From the NCBI GenBank assembly GCA_031962025.1, contig JAVRKW010000004.1: a DNA stretch of 64,000 bases; one strand, given 5' to 3'. Below are positions 49,762-58,936 of this stretch, one piece after another; the first letter of the stretch is position 1, and each line of letters starts with the position of its first letter. Source of the stretch: Pseudothermotoga sp. GTDB taxonomy: Bacteria; Thermotogota; Thermotogae; Thermotogales; DSM-5069. A program made the position numbers and the translations under genes. The notes under the pieces were generated by a model. The model saw only the letters and a program-made list of their open reading frames with translations. It had not been told where the DNA came from and did no database searches.

Positions 49762-51222
49762 TCAGAATTTTCTCTTTTTCAACGCTTCCTGATAAACTCT
49801 CATATACTGTCTTGCAGATCTATCCCATGAGACATCTGTACTCATCGCATTTTTGATTATTTTTGACCAGTGATCTGCCTCATTTTTATAGAAATACACA
49901 GCCTTTGCAATTGCTTCCAGAAGATGTGCTGTATCATACTCTCTAAAGCCAAATCCATTTCCTTCCTTTGTTTTTGGATCGTATTCCTTCACAGTATCGG
50001 CAAGACCGCCAGTGTATCTCACCACGGGCACTGTACCATATCTCAAACTGTACATCTGCCCAAGCCCGCACGGTTCATACCTCGATGGCATTAAAAACAT
50101 ATCGCTTGCGGCATAGATTTTCTGCGCAAGGTCGATGTCGAATTTGATGTTGCTTGAAACCCTTGTGGGGTATTTCTTTTGAAGGTTTGTGAAGAATTCT
50201 TCATATTTTTTGTCACCTGTTCCAAGAACAATGAGCTGAACATCGAACATCATCACATAATCTGCAACTTTTTCAACAAGATCGAGTCCCTTTTGGTCAA
50301 CGAGCCTGTTTATCATACCAATCAGTGCTGTGTCTTCTTTGACCTGTAATCCAAGTTCTTTCTGCAGTTCTCTTTTGTTGATTTTCTTGTTATCAATACT
50401 ATCAATATCGTAATTTGCGTATATTCTCTTATCAGTCGCTGGATTGTATTCGTTGTAGTCTATGCCGTTCAGTATTCCATATAAATCCTCAGCTTTGAGA
50501 CGCAGTACACCGTCGAGCTTTTCACCAAACTGCTCAGTTTGAATTTCCTGAGCATAAGTTGGACTTACCGTCGTGACGATATCGCTGAAAAGGATTCCGC
50601 CTTTGAGAAAGTTCATCTGTCCGTAGAACTCAAGCCCGTCTATGTTGAACAGATAACTCGGCAGTCCGGCGAATTTGATGTACTTTGGGTTGAATATGCC
50701 CTGATAACCCAGATTGTGTATCGTAAAAACGGTGGCAGTTTTAGAAAAGAAAGGATCGGTTCTGTAAATCGTTCTCAGATAAACCGGTATCAGTCCCGTC
50801 TGCCAGTCGTGAGCATGAACCAGATCGAAGGTTTCTGATAGGTACTTCATCGCTTCCAAGGATGCATTCGAGAAGAAGATCGATTGCTCTGCCAGGTCAG
50901 GTCCTTCATACACATTTTCAGCACAAAAGTAATGGTCATTCGCTATGAAGTAAACAACGCTGTTAGAATCGGGCATTCGGCTTTTATAAAGATCGAATTT
51001 CTCTGAAGTCTGAAGGTTTGGAACCTGAATAGATTTTGCAACAGGTTCTATCACAAGACCCATCTTTGAGCAATTTTTCTGCACAATCTTATGGAATGGC
51101 ATGAAGACAGTGACTTTTGCCCCCTGTTTTTCTATGACCTTCGGAAGAGACCCAACAACATCTGCAAGGCCTCCAACCTTCGCAAAAGGATACACTTCAT
51201 AAGCAACCATTGCCACTTTCAT
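49762..51222 (-). CDS. glgA: Glycogen synthase
   Basis: KVGGLADV, HAHDWQTG, TIHNLGYQG, QKG, PSRYEPCGL.Q. Confidence 0.96.
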   Translation of the reverse strand: MKVAMVAYEVYPFAKVGGLADVVGSLPKVIEKQGAKVTVFMPFHKIVQKNCSKMGLVIEPVAKSIQVPNLQTSEKFDLYKSRMPDSNSVVYFIANDHYFCAENVYEGPDLAEQSIFFSNASLEAMKYLSETFDLVHAHDWQTGLIPVYLRTIYRTDPFFSKTATVFTIHNLGYQGIFNPKYIKFAGLPSYLFNIDGLEFYGQMNFLKGGILFSDIVTTVSPTYAQEIQTEQFGEKLDGVLRLKAEDLYGILNGIDYNEYNPATDKRIYANYDIDSIDNKKINKRELQKELGLQVKEDTALIGMINRLVDQKGLDLVEKVADYVMMFDVQLIVLGTGDKKYEEFFTNLQKKYPTRVSSNIKFDIDLAQKIYAASDMFLMPSRYEPCGLGQMYSLRYGTVPVVRYTGGLADTVKEYDPKTKEGNGFGFREYDTAHLLEAIAKAVYFYKNEADHWSKIIKNAMSTDVSWDRSARQYMRVYQEALKKRKF

Positions 51223-51267
51223 ACAATCACCTCTTTTTTCAAAATTATATCATGCGCCTTGTGATTT

Positions 51268-53691
51268 TCAATTGAGCAGAGAGCTCAGCACGTTTTCTAT
51301 GGAGAAATTCAGATATCCTTTTGAATCTCTAATACCCATCGTGATAGAAAACAGAATGGGAACCTGGTAGATCAGATGAGAATTAACAGTTACTTTAAAC
51401 CATGCATCGTATCCGATCTCATCGCTATAGATCTTAACACGAAAGCCCGGTGAGAAATCCACACCGTCAATTGCGAAAAAGCCGTCCACAGTGCCAAAAT
51501 CGATTGAAGGTCCTGGTATGAAAAGATCAGCACCGTATTGAAAATCTGTGAGCTTCACCTGACTGTAAAATCGAAAGACGATATCCTTCAAAAGAAACGC
51601 CTTTGCAAAACCAGCGCTTAAATTCGGTAGAAGGTCCGACCAGATCATCACGTCAGGCAGAGTTATTTGATGCAGTCTGCCACCGACCTTTCCAAGCGTA
51701 TAAACAACTCTCACCTGTGGATCTATAAACATCCTTTGATCCAGAACTGCCCCCAGAATCAAATCGAATTTCTCATTCAATAACCCCCTGTTCACATAAA
51801 AAGGTACATCGAGCTGGGTAGAAAGCGTAAACACATCGTTTTTTTGATTAAAATTAACAGTTAACGACGCATCAGAATGCGATTTGATCATGAACTGTGC
51901 CATCCATTTTTCCCAGGACCAGACACATCCAAAGATCATGGACGTATCCATGAGATCGTCCCAGAATCCCAGACCAACGCCGGCACCGTAATCCAGACCT
52001 GTATTGAATGATAAATACGGAAATGGCAGGACAAATCGCAATTTCACCGAATCATAATAACTTTCTGCATCCTGTATTTTCACAGGCTCAGCAGGCAGAT
52101 ATTCGAAGGTGCAGGTTTTTGAATTTGCCATAAACTCAGGTTTTGCCGGCTGCTCAAAGATGGAAAAACCGCCCGGGACGACTTTGAACGAGTAAACCAG
52201 ATCGTTGAGAAAAACAGCACTGATCGCCCCTTCAACGTTCATCTTTGAAATCTTTTTGCTGTTGATATTCAGCGAGTACAGATCGAACTTGCCAGAATAA
52301 TCCGCGCAGAAATAGAGTTCATCTGAAAAAAGTTTTGGAGATAATTTGGCATATCCATCGTTGGTGAGTCTGTTCATCGATCTGTTTTGATCAATTTCAA
52401 AAAGATCTATCTGTTCATCTATTTTTGCTGTGAAAACAATTCTTCCATCAAAAGCCGTAATCTGAAGTGGAATGATTGATCTATCCGGTCCAAAAATCCT
52501 CTTTAATTTTCTGTCCCTCAAATCGTAAATGTCGATGAACCTTCTGCCAGATTCATCCTGCCTGATCATGGCAAGTTCAAAATCGTTCATCCAAGATAGA
52601 TCAACAACTTTCTCAATACCAAGATCTTTTACTGTACCGCTGTAAAGGTACAATCGAGATGTGGTTGAGCTCTTATCTTGAACATACCTTGCTATCGCTA
52701 TCATTCTGGTCCTGTTGACGGAAAAGGACACGACGTTGTCCACATCAAGAAGTTTCACATGCTCGTGCGTAAAAGTATCGTAGTAATAAATTGCTTCTTC
52801 TGAATTGTATTTTTTTGCAATGTAGTATATTCTCCAGGCATTGATGTCAATTTTACTTGGATACATCAATACTTCTGATATTTTTCCGATTTCCTGTGGC
52901 TGTGGTGGTTTGGCAAGCCAGTTTTGAAGATCGTCTTTCAACCCAGAATTTTTCAAAGCCCTGTAGAAACCGGCTAAAGGATCCTGAGTGAATTTTTTGA
53001 CCAGTTCCATTACCTTTTCATGACCGTACTTTTCCTCTATGGAATTCAACAATGAGAATCCCTGAACATAAGCCGCCCCGCCAGGAAGCCACCTGCGCGT
53101 GTTCAGAGAAGAAGCGTATTTCAGTCCCACATCGGTGTACTTCGCCTGATGGATGAATTCTTCAAAAAGACTGTCTCTCCCACGACCGGAATTGGACAGA
53201 AATGTTTCATAATAAACGGCAACCCCTTCATGCAAATAAAGCGGAGTGAAAAGAGATTGAATTGCCGCTACAACTGGATGACCAAAGATAGAAGTGAATG
53301 AAAAATACGGTGAAAAAGCATTTGCGAGAAACAGATGAGTTAATTCGTGTGAAAAACAAAAGCTCACCCACTGATCGTATTTTGGTATGAAAATGTACGG
53401 ATCGATTTCATTCGGGTATATCACGATGATGTTGTTTAATGGATTTGCATATCCATTTGCGATGTCTGTTTTATCGATCAGATAAACTGTCGGTCTTGGA
53501 TCGAGAGTGAAACCGAACTCATTGGAGATTTTCTGATATATTTCATCGGCTTTTTCTGAAAGAATCAAAGCATGTCTTTCAAGACCCTGCTCATAGGCTA
53601 TGTCTACCCACAATGTTCTTATCAATTTGAATTTGCCAGCCGAAAAAGCCGCACAGTAGATCAAAAGAAAACAGATGGTGATCTTTTTCAT
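51268..53691 (-). CDS. Secreted multidomain protein: gluzincin-like peptidase, TolB-like propeller and beta-rich C-terminus
   Basis: Signal peptide; ANGYA, SHELTH (HExxH), LHEGVAVYYE; repeats such as RLTNDGYAKLSP and YSGKFDLY. Confidence 0.65.
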   Translation of the reverse strand: MKKITICFLLIYCAAFSAGKFKLIRTLWVDIAYEQGLERHALILSEKADEIYQKISNEFGFTLDPRPTVYLIDKTDIANGYANPLNNIIVIYPNEIDPYIFIPKYDQWVSFCFSHELTHLFLANAFSPYFSFTSIFGHPVVAAIQSLFTPLYLHEGVAVYYETFLSNSGRGRDSLFEEFIHQAKYTDVGLKYASSLNTRRWLPGGAAYVQGFSLLNSIEEKYGHEKVMELVKKFTQDPLAGFYRALKNSGLKDDLQNWLAKPPQPQEIGKISEVLMYPSKIDINAWRIYYIAKKYNSEEAIYYYDTFTHEHVKLLDVDNVVSFSVNRTRMIAIARYVQDKSSTTSRLYLYSGTVKDLGIEKVVDLSWMNDFELAMIRQDESGRRFIDIYDLRDRKLKRIFGPDRSIIPLQITAFDGRIVFTAKIDEQIDLFEIDQNRSMNRLTNDGYAKLSPKLFSDELYFCADYSGKFDLYSLNINSKKISKMNVEGAISAVFLNDLVYSFKVVPGGFSIFEQPAKPEFMANSKTCTFEYLPAEPVKIQDAESYYDSVKLRFVLPFPYLSFNTGLDYGAGVGLGFWDDLMDTSMIFGCVWSWEKWMAQFMIKSHSDASLTVNFNQKNDVFTLSTQLDVPFYVNRGLLNEKFDLILGAVLDQRMFIDPQVRVVYTLGKVGGRLHQITLPDVMIWSDLLPNLSAGFAKAFLLKDIVFRFYSQVKLTDFQYGADLFIPGPSIDFGTVDGFFAIDGVDFSPGFRVKIYSDEIGYDAWFKVTVNSHLIYQVPILFSITMGIRDSKGYLNFSIENVLSSLLN

Positions 53692-54305
53692 CCCGAACAC
53701 TCCAGTTTTTTGAAAATGTAATTCACAACCACTTCGATAGCTTTGTCGTTATGTCCGCCTCTTGGTACTATTATATCTGCCTTCCTTTTTGTGGGCTCTA
53801 CGTATGCGTCGTGCATTGGTTTCACAGTCTGCAGGTACTGTTCTATAACAGACTCCATAGTTCTTCCTCTTTCACGAACATCTCTTCTGAGCCTGCGGAT
53901 GAACCTTATATCACTCTCGGCATCAACATAAACTGATAACCCGTAAAGCCTGTATATTTGGTCATAGTACAGAGCAAAGATTCCCTCGACAATGACAACG
54001 TCCTTAGGTGAGAAGTGAAGTGTTTCGGGCTTTCTAATGTAATTTGCAAAATCATACGTCGGGATTTCAACAGACTTGCCTTCAAGTAACGATTCAAGGT
54101 GATTTTTTAATAGTTCATATTCTATCACATCGGGATGATCGTAGTTGATTTTCCTTCTTTCTTCAAATTCAAGATGACTCATGTCCCTGTAGTAGTTATC
54201 CATCGGCAGAAGAATGCACCTATCTGCACCGACTCTCTGGATGATCTTTCGGGCAACTGTTGTTTTACCAGACCCCGTTCCTCCACCTATGCCAATCAGA
54301 AGCAA
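53688..54305 (-). CDS. udk: Uridine kinase
   Basis: GGGTGSGKTT, DNYYRD, NYDHP, VEGI, RRLRRDV.ERGR; TTG start after GGGAGG. Confidence 0.95.
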   Translation of the reverse strand: MLLIGIGGGTGSGKTTVARKIIQRVGADRCILLPMDNYYRDMSHLEFEERRKINYDHPDVIEYELLKNHLESLLEGKSVEIPTYDFANYIRKPETLHFSPKDVVIVEGIFALYYDQIYRLYGLSVYVDAESDIRFIRRLRRDVRERGRTMESVIEQYLQTVKPMHDAYVEPTKRKADIIVPRGGHNDKAIEVVVNYIFKKLECSG

Positions 54306-54405
54306 AAGTACACCTCCCGTGAAAGATAATACCAGATTTTTATTTTTACACTGATTTGACACAGAACTTAACAATAGAGGATATAATATATACGCTTTTA
54401 AAAAA

Positions 54406-54475
54406 GCACGCTCTTTGATCCCGAGCCTCGGTGCCCAAAAAGTCGGGTCGGCAAAGGAGATGAGAAGAGCGGAAG
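54406..54475 (+). promoter_or_regulatory. rpsB leader (t44-like autoregulatory RNA)
   Basis: CGCTCTT/AAGAGCG outer stem, CCCGA/TCGGG inner stem with a GGTG motif, between TATAAT (54382) and the rpsB SD. Confidence 0.6.
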
Positions 54476-54501
54476 ATTTAACCAAATCAGGAGGTGTTTT
54501 G

Positions 54502-55308
54502 ATGCCGGTTATTACCATGAAACAACTGCTTGAAGCCGGAGTCCATTTTGGTCATCGAACAAGAAGATGGAATCCAAAGATGGCTCCCTATATCTATGGA
54601 GCCAGAAAGGGTATCTACATCATCGATCTGCAGAAGACCCTGAAGCTCGTGGAAGAAGCCTGTGAATTTGTCAGAACGAAAGCCAGTGAAGGAGCAACGA
54701 TGATCCTCGTCGGTACCAAAAAGCAAGCGCAACATGTGGTAAAAGAAGAGGCACAGAGATGTGGATGTTTCTATGTCAACAACCGCTGGCTCGGTGGACT
54801 TTTGACCAATTTCAAAACGATCAAGCCGAGAATCGACAAGCTTATTGAGCTCGAACAAATGGAAGAAAGCGGTGAACTTGCCAAGCTTCCTAAAAAGGAA
54901 CAGAGCAGACTCAGAAAGGTCCTTGAGAAACTGAGAAAAAACCTTGGTGGATTAAAAGGCATGGATAGACCAGCCGACATAATTTACGTCATCGATCCCA
55001 GAAAAGAGAGAATAGCCGTTGAGGAAGCAAATTCTCTGGGCATACCCGTTATAGGTATAGTTGATACCAACTGCGATCCAGAGCCTGTGGATTACGTTAT
55101 ACCAGCAAATGACGATGCTATAAGATCTATAAAGTTGATAACCTCGAAAATCGCCGAAGCTTACCTTGAAGGAAAAGAAGGCATCTCCTTTGAAGAACCC
55201 ACCGAGAAACCCGCCGAACAGCCAACAACTGAAAGTGATTTGAAAGAAGAAGATTCGCTGGATATATCAGATCTTTTTGAAGAAGAAGAGCTTGAAGAGG
55301 AGGAATGA
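54502..55308 (+). CDS. rpsB: 30S ribosomal protein S2
   Basis: [40 protein letters not shown]; acidic tail. Confidence 0.98.
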   Translation: MPVITMKQLLEAGVHFGHRTRRWNPKMAPYIYGARKGIYIIDLQKTLKLVEEACEFVRTKASEGATMILVGTKKQAQHVVKEEAQRCGCFYVNNRWLGGLLTNFKTIKPRIDKLIELEQMEESGELAKLPKKEQSRLRKVLEKLRKNLGGLKGMDRPADIIYVIDPRKERIAVEEANSLGIPVIGIVDTNCDPEPVDYVIPANDDAIRSIKLITSKIAEAYLEGKEGISFEEPTEKPAEQPTTESDLKEEDSLDISDLFEEEELEEEE

Positions 55309-55333
55309 AAAAAGGGGACTGTGTCCCCTTTTT
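55308..55333 (+). terminator. Terminator after rpsB
   Basis: AAAAAAGGGGAC-tgt-GTCCCCTTTTT. Confidence 0.75.
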
Positions 55334-55342
55334 CATAACACA

Positions 55343-56653
55343 ATGAAGGTTTTTTTCAAAACATACGGTTGTCAGATGAACCTGAACGATACTGAAATAA
55401 TGTCAGGCATCCTTTTGCAAAATGGGTTTGATGTAGTTCATTCCTTAGACGAAGCAGATGTCGTTGTTCTCAACACCTGCGTCGTTCGTCAAAAATCCCA
55501 GGACAAGTACCACTCGGAATTGGGACAGCTTTTGAAGCTGAAAAAGCAGGGAAAATTGAAAGTTATCGGTATAACTGGATGCGGTTCGAATCTTGAAGCA
55601 GAAAAACTTTTAGATTTGGGTGCTGACTTTGTGCTCGGCTCAAGGTCTATAAGTGAGATATCGAATATTTTAAGCAGAGCCATCAGCGGTGAGAAAGTAG
55701 TTTTTTTAGAAGACACGATTTGTTCAATCAATTCAGATGTGCCAAGACTGAGAACGTCAAAACATCACGCATGGGTGACGATCATTCATGGTTGCAACAG
55801 GTTTTGTACCTATTGCATAGTTCCGTACACAAGGGGTCGAGAAAAAAGCAGACCCATGGAAGATATACTGCATGAGATCGAAAAACTCGTGCAGGATGGT
55901 GTGAAAGAGATAACCTTTCTGGGTCAAAATGTAGACGCTTACGGCAAAGACCTGATGAACCAGACAACTCTGGCAGAGCTAATAGAGCGCACCAGCGAAT
56001 TTGAACAGATAAAAAGAATCTGGTTTTTGACCTCTTATCCCACAGAAATCAGTGATGAACTCATAGAAACCGTTGCAAAAAATCCAAAGGCGGCAAAATC
56101 ATTTCACATACCAGTTCAGTCTGGCAGCAACCGCATTTTGAAGTTGATGAATCGCCGGTACACCAAGGAGCAGTATCTCGAACTTGTGAAAAAGATCCGC
56201 GACAGAATAGAAGATGTTTCCATCAGCAGTGATATAATAGTCGGCTTTCCCACAGAAACTGTACAGGACCACAACGAAACTGTTGAATTCGTTAAAAACG
56301 TTGAATTTGAGCGGTTGAATCTTGCCGTTTATTCACCGCGTGAGGGCACTGTTGCCAGCAAGTATTTCAAGGACGACGTGGACAGAAAAGAAAAGGCAAG
56401 AAGGCTCAACGAACTGCTTGAACTTCAAAAACAGATAAACAGGAAATTGAACCAAAGATACCTCAATCAATGTGTTCAGATCATCGTTGAAGGCACTACA
56501 AAAGACGGTTTTTACTACGGTAGAGATATGAGAAACAAGATAGTCATCTTTTCAGCTCAGGATGTTTCCTTAGGTGACACGGTTATCGTAAAAATCTCTC
56601 GAACAACCGCCGGTCCACTTTATGGAGAATTGCAAAAAAAATGCGGGCTCTAA
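55343..56653 (+). CDS. miaB: tRNA-2-methylthio-N6-dimethylallyladenosine synthase
   Basis: [20 protein letters not shown] radical SAM motif, GQNVDAYG, C-terminal TRAM domain. Confidence 0.95.
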   Translation: MKVFFKTYGCQMNLNDTEIMSGILLQNGFDVVHSLDEADVVVLNTCVVRQKSQDKYHSELGQLLKLKKQGKLKVIGITGCGSNLEAEKLLDLGADFVLGSRSISEISNILSRAISGEKVVFLEDTICSINSDVPRLRTSKHHAWVTIIHGCNRFCTYCIVPYTRGREKSRPMEDILHEIEKLVQDGVKEITFLGQNVDAYGKDLMNQTTLAELIERTSEFEQIKRIWFLTSYPTEISDELIETVAKNPKAAKSFHIPVQSGSNRILKLMNRRYTKEQYLELVKKIRDRIEDVSISSDIIVGFPTETVQDHNETVEFVKNVEFERLNLAVYSPREGTVASKYFKDDVDRKEKARRLNELLELQKQINRKLNQRYLNQCVQIIVEGTTKDGFYYGRDMRNKIVIFSAQDVSLGDTVIVKISRTTAGPLYGELQKKCGL

Positions 56654-56660
56654 AGCCCGC
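56634..56660 (-). terminator. Intrinsic terminator on the minus strand, overlapping the miaB 3' end
   Basis: Minus strand GCGGGCT-ttag-AGCCCGC-A-TTTTTTTT. Confidence 0.75.
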
Positions 56661-56883
56661 AAAAGCCGTGGGGGGTGTATCTCAAGGGGGATAGGGGGGT
56701 TTCTCTTCACTTTTCAACTAAATTGTAATGGTTTCAAGTTACAAATACTATCAGTTTAGGTTCCTGTGTGAAAACGTTTGTGTTAACAAGTTACTAAGAC
56801 CAAAATTGTCTAATTTTCTTTCCTATCCTTATAGACAGAACAAAGTACAAACTGGTTCAAAAAACATGTTAAGTGATTCATCT

Positions 56884-58218
56884 TTAGATATTCTTTCCAA
56901 TCTTTTTGACAAAATCACTCAGAACGTCCTGCAGATCTGGTTTTCCTATTTCTTGCAGCTCGTATTTTACACGCACCGCTGGTTTGTTCAGGTTCATAAC
57001 CCTTCTCAAATCTATTGGTGTTCCTATGATGACAAGCTCTGCGTCCGATGAGTTTATCGTTTTTTCAAGTTCTTTGATCTGCTTTTCTCCATATCCCATG
57101 GCTGGAAGGATCAGATCCAGATGGCTGTATTTTCTGTATGTTTCCACTATCGATCCGACTGCAAACGGTCTTGGGTCTATAATCTGCGATGCTCCAAATT
57201 TCTTTGCCGCGATAAATCCCGCACCGTATCTCATTTCTCCGTGTGTTAGAGTAGGACCGTCTTCAACCACGAGCACTTTTTTGTTTTTGATTTTTGAGTA
57301 ATCTTCGACGAATATCGGTGAGCTTGCATCTATTACAATCGCTTTTGGATTCCATTTTTCGACATTTTTTCTGACCGTTTCTATTGCCTGTGGATCAGCA
57401 GTTTCTTCTTTGTTTATCACCACGACATCTGCCATCAACAGGTTGGTCATTCCGGGATAGTACGTGACTTCATGCCCGGGTCTGTGCGGATCTACCACGA
57501 CAATCAAAAGATCCGGTTTATAGAACGGAAAATCGTTGTTTCCACCATCCCAGAGAATCACGTCTGGATTTTCTGCCTCGGCACTTCTGACAATTGCTTC
57601 GTAATCTACACCTGCATAAATCACAGATTTTCTATCGATGTGTGGTTCGTATTCCTCTCTTTCTTCTATTGTGCATTTGTACCTGTCCAGATCTTCATAA
57701 GTGGCAAACCTCTGCACCTTTTGTTCAACAAGGTTTCCATAAGGCATCGGGTGTCTGATAGAAACCACCTTCAAACCCTTTGATCTGAGTATATCCAGCA
57801 CTCTTCTTGTGGTCTGACTTTTTCCACAGCCTGTTCTGACTGCACAGACTGCGACAACTGGTTTTGTAGATTTGATCATCGTGTGTTTTGGTCCCATCAA
57901 CTTGAAATCAGCGCCCGCAGAGGTGACGATCGCTGCTTTTTCCATAACATACTGATGCGGAAGATCACTGTAAGCCAGCACAACTTCGTCCACATTGTGT
58001 TTTTTGATGAGTTCAACCAGGTTTGATTCAGATTCAATTGGAATTCCTTTCGGGTAAAGTCTTCCAGCGAGCTCTGGTGGATAAACCCTGCCTTCGATAT
58101 CCGGTATCTGTGTAGCTGTGAATGCTACAACTTCGTAATCTTCGTTGTCTCTGAAAAACGTGTTGAAGTTGTGAAAATCTCTTCCTGCTGCACCCATGAT
58201 GATAACCTTTCTTTTCAC
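56884..58218 (-). CDS. arcE: cDPGS-like P-loop NTPase, probable arginine synthetase
   Basis: GAAGRDFHNFN, AFTATQIP, AVRTGCGKSQ, RHPMPYG, TIEEREEYE, WDGGNND, EDGPTLTHG, PAMGY. Confidence 0.7.
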   Translation of the reverse strand: MKRKVIIMGAAGRDFHNFNTFFRDNEDYEVVAFTATQIPDIEGRVYPPELAGRLYPKGIPIESESNLVELIKKHNVDEVVLAYSDLPHQYVMEKAAIVTSAGADFKLMGPKHTMIKSTKPVVAVCAVRTGCGKSQTTRRVLDILRSKGLKVVSIRHPMPYGNLVEQKVQRFATYEDLDRYKCTIEEREEYEPHIDRKSVIYAGVDYEAIVRSAEAENPDVILWDGGNNDFPFYKPDLLIVVVDPHRPGHEVTYYPGMTNLLMADVVVINKEETADPQAIETVRKNVEKWNPKAIVIDASSPIFVEDYSKIKNKKVLVVEDGPTLTHGEMRYGAGFIAAKKFGASQIIDPRPFAVGSIVETYRKYSHLDLILPAMGYGEKQIKELEKTINSSDAELVIIGTPIDLRRVMNLNKPAVRVKYELQEIGKPDLQDVLSDFVKKIGKNI

Positions 58219-58434
58219 ATCTTCCACCTCCATACAGTTTATAATCCTATGGTAGTATATCAACTAAGATAATCTTTGTCATCTTTAAAAAGTGTGCCTG
58301 TCTGGTCTTGAAGGTGAATAAAAACCGATACCATACCCACTTTTATGAGTATGCACACGTATGCTTGAGTATGCTCTTTCAATCGCGGTATGAATATTTG
58401 ATATAATTTTCAAAAACGGTCGGGGGAGATTTTT

Positions 58435-58935
58435 GTGAAGGGTTTTACGGTGATTGAATTGATAGTGGTTATGATACTGATCTTTACAGTGACTGGAATA
58501 TCTGCTCTTGTATACAACCAGGTGATCAGAAATTCTCAGATTGTGACTGAAAAGATAAATATTTACGAACAACTGGCTAAAATCGATTCTGCCATTCGAC
58601 GAGAACTTTTAAAAGCCGGTCCAACATCTGACGGCTTGACTGTCCAGAGTAATTCTGTGACCTTTTTTTCAACGGTCCCATTTTCCAAAGGTGTGTATGG
58701 CACCTATGGATCTGCGACAAAGCTGAAATACACGCTGAGTTTTTCCAATGGTACCTTGGTTCTGACTGTGGAAGAAATCAACGGATCATACAGTCAATCT
58801 ACACAAATAGGTGCGTTGGATGCATGTACCTTTTCAAGTCCCAGAACAGGAGTGATCTTTTACACCCTGGTCAAAAAAGCCGCAGGTAGAAGTTATGAAC
58901 TTCGTTGTTCTGTTGTTTTGAGCAATATCAAGTGA
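58435..58935 (+). CDS. Type IV pilin/pseudopilin-like protein
   Basis: Class III signal KG|FTVIELIVVM with Glu at +5. Confidence 0.85.
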   Translation: MKGFTVIELIVVMILIFTVTGISALVYNQVIRNSQIVTEKINIYEQLAKIDSAIRRELLKAGPTSDGLTVQSNSVTFFSTVPFSKGVYGTYGSATKLKYTLSFSNGTLVLTVEEINGSYSQSTQIGALDACTFSSPRTGVIFYTLVKKAAGRSYELRCSVVLSNIK

Positions 58936-58936
58936 G

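Noticed and set aside
56728..57051. 107-aa plus-strand ORF after miaB
   Set aside because: It overlaps arcE antisense, has no suitably spaced RBS and has an implausible composition
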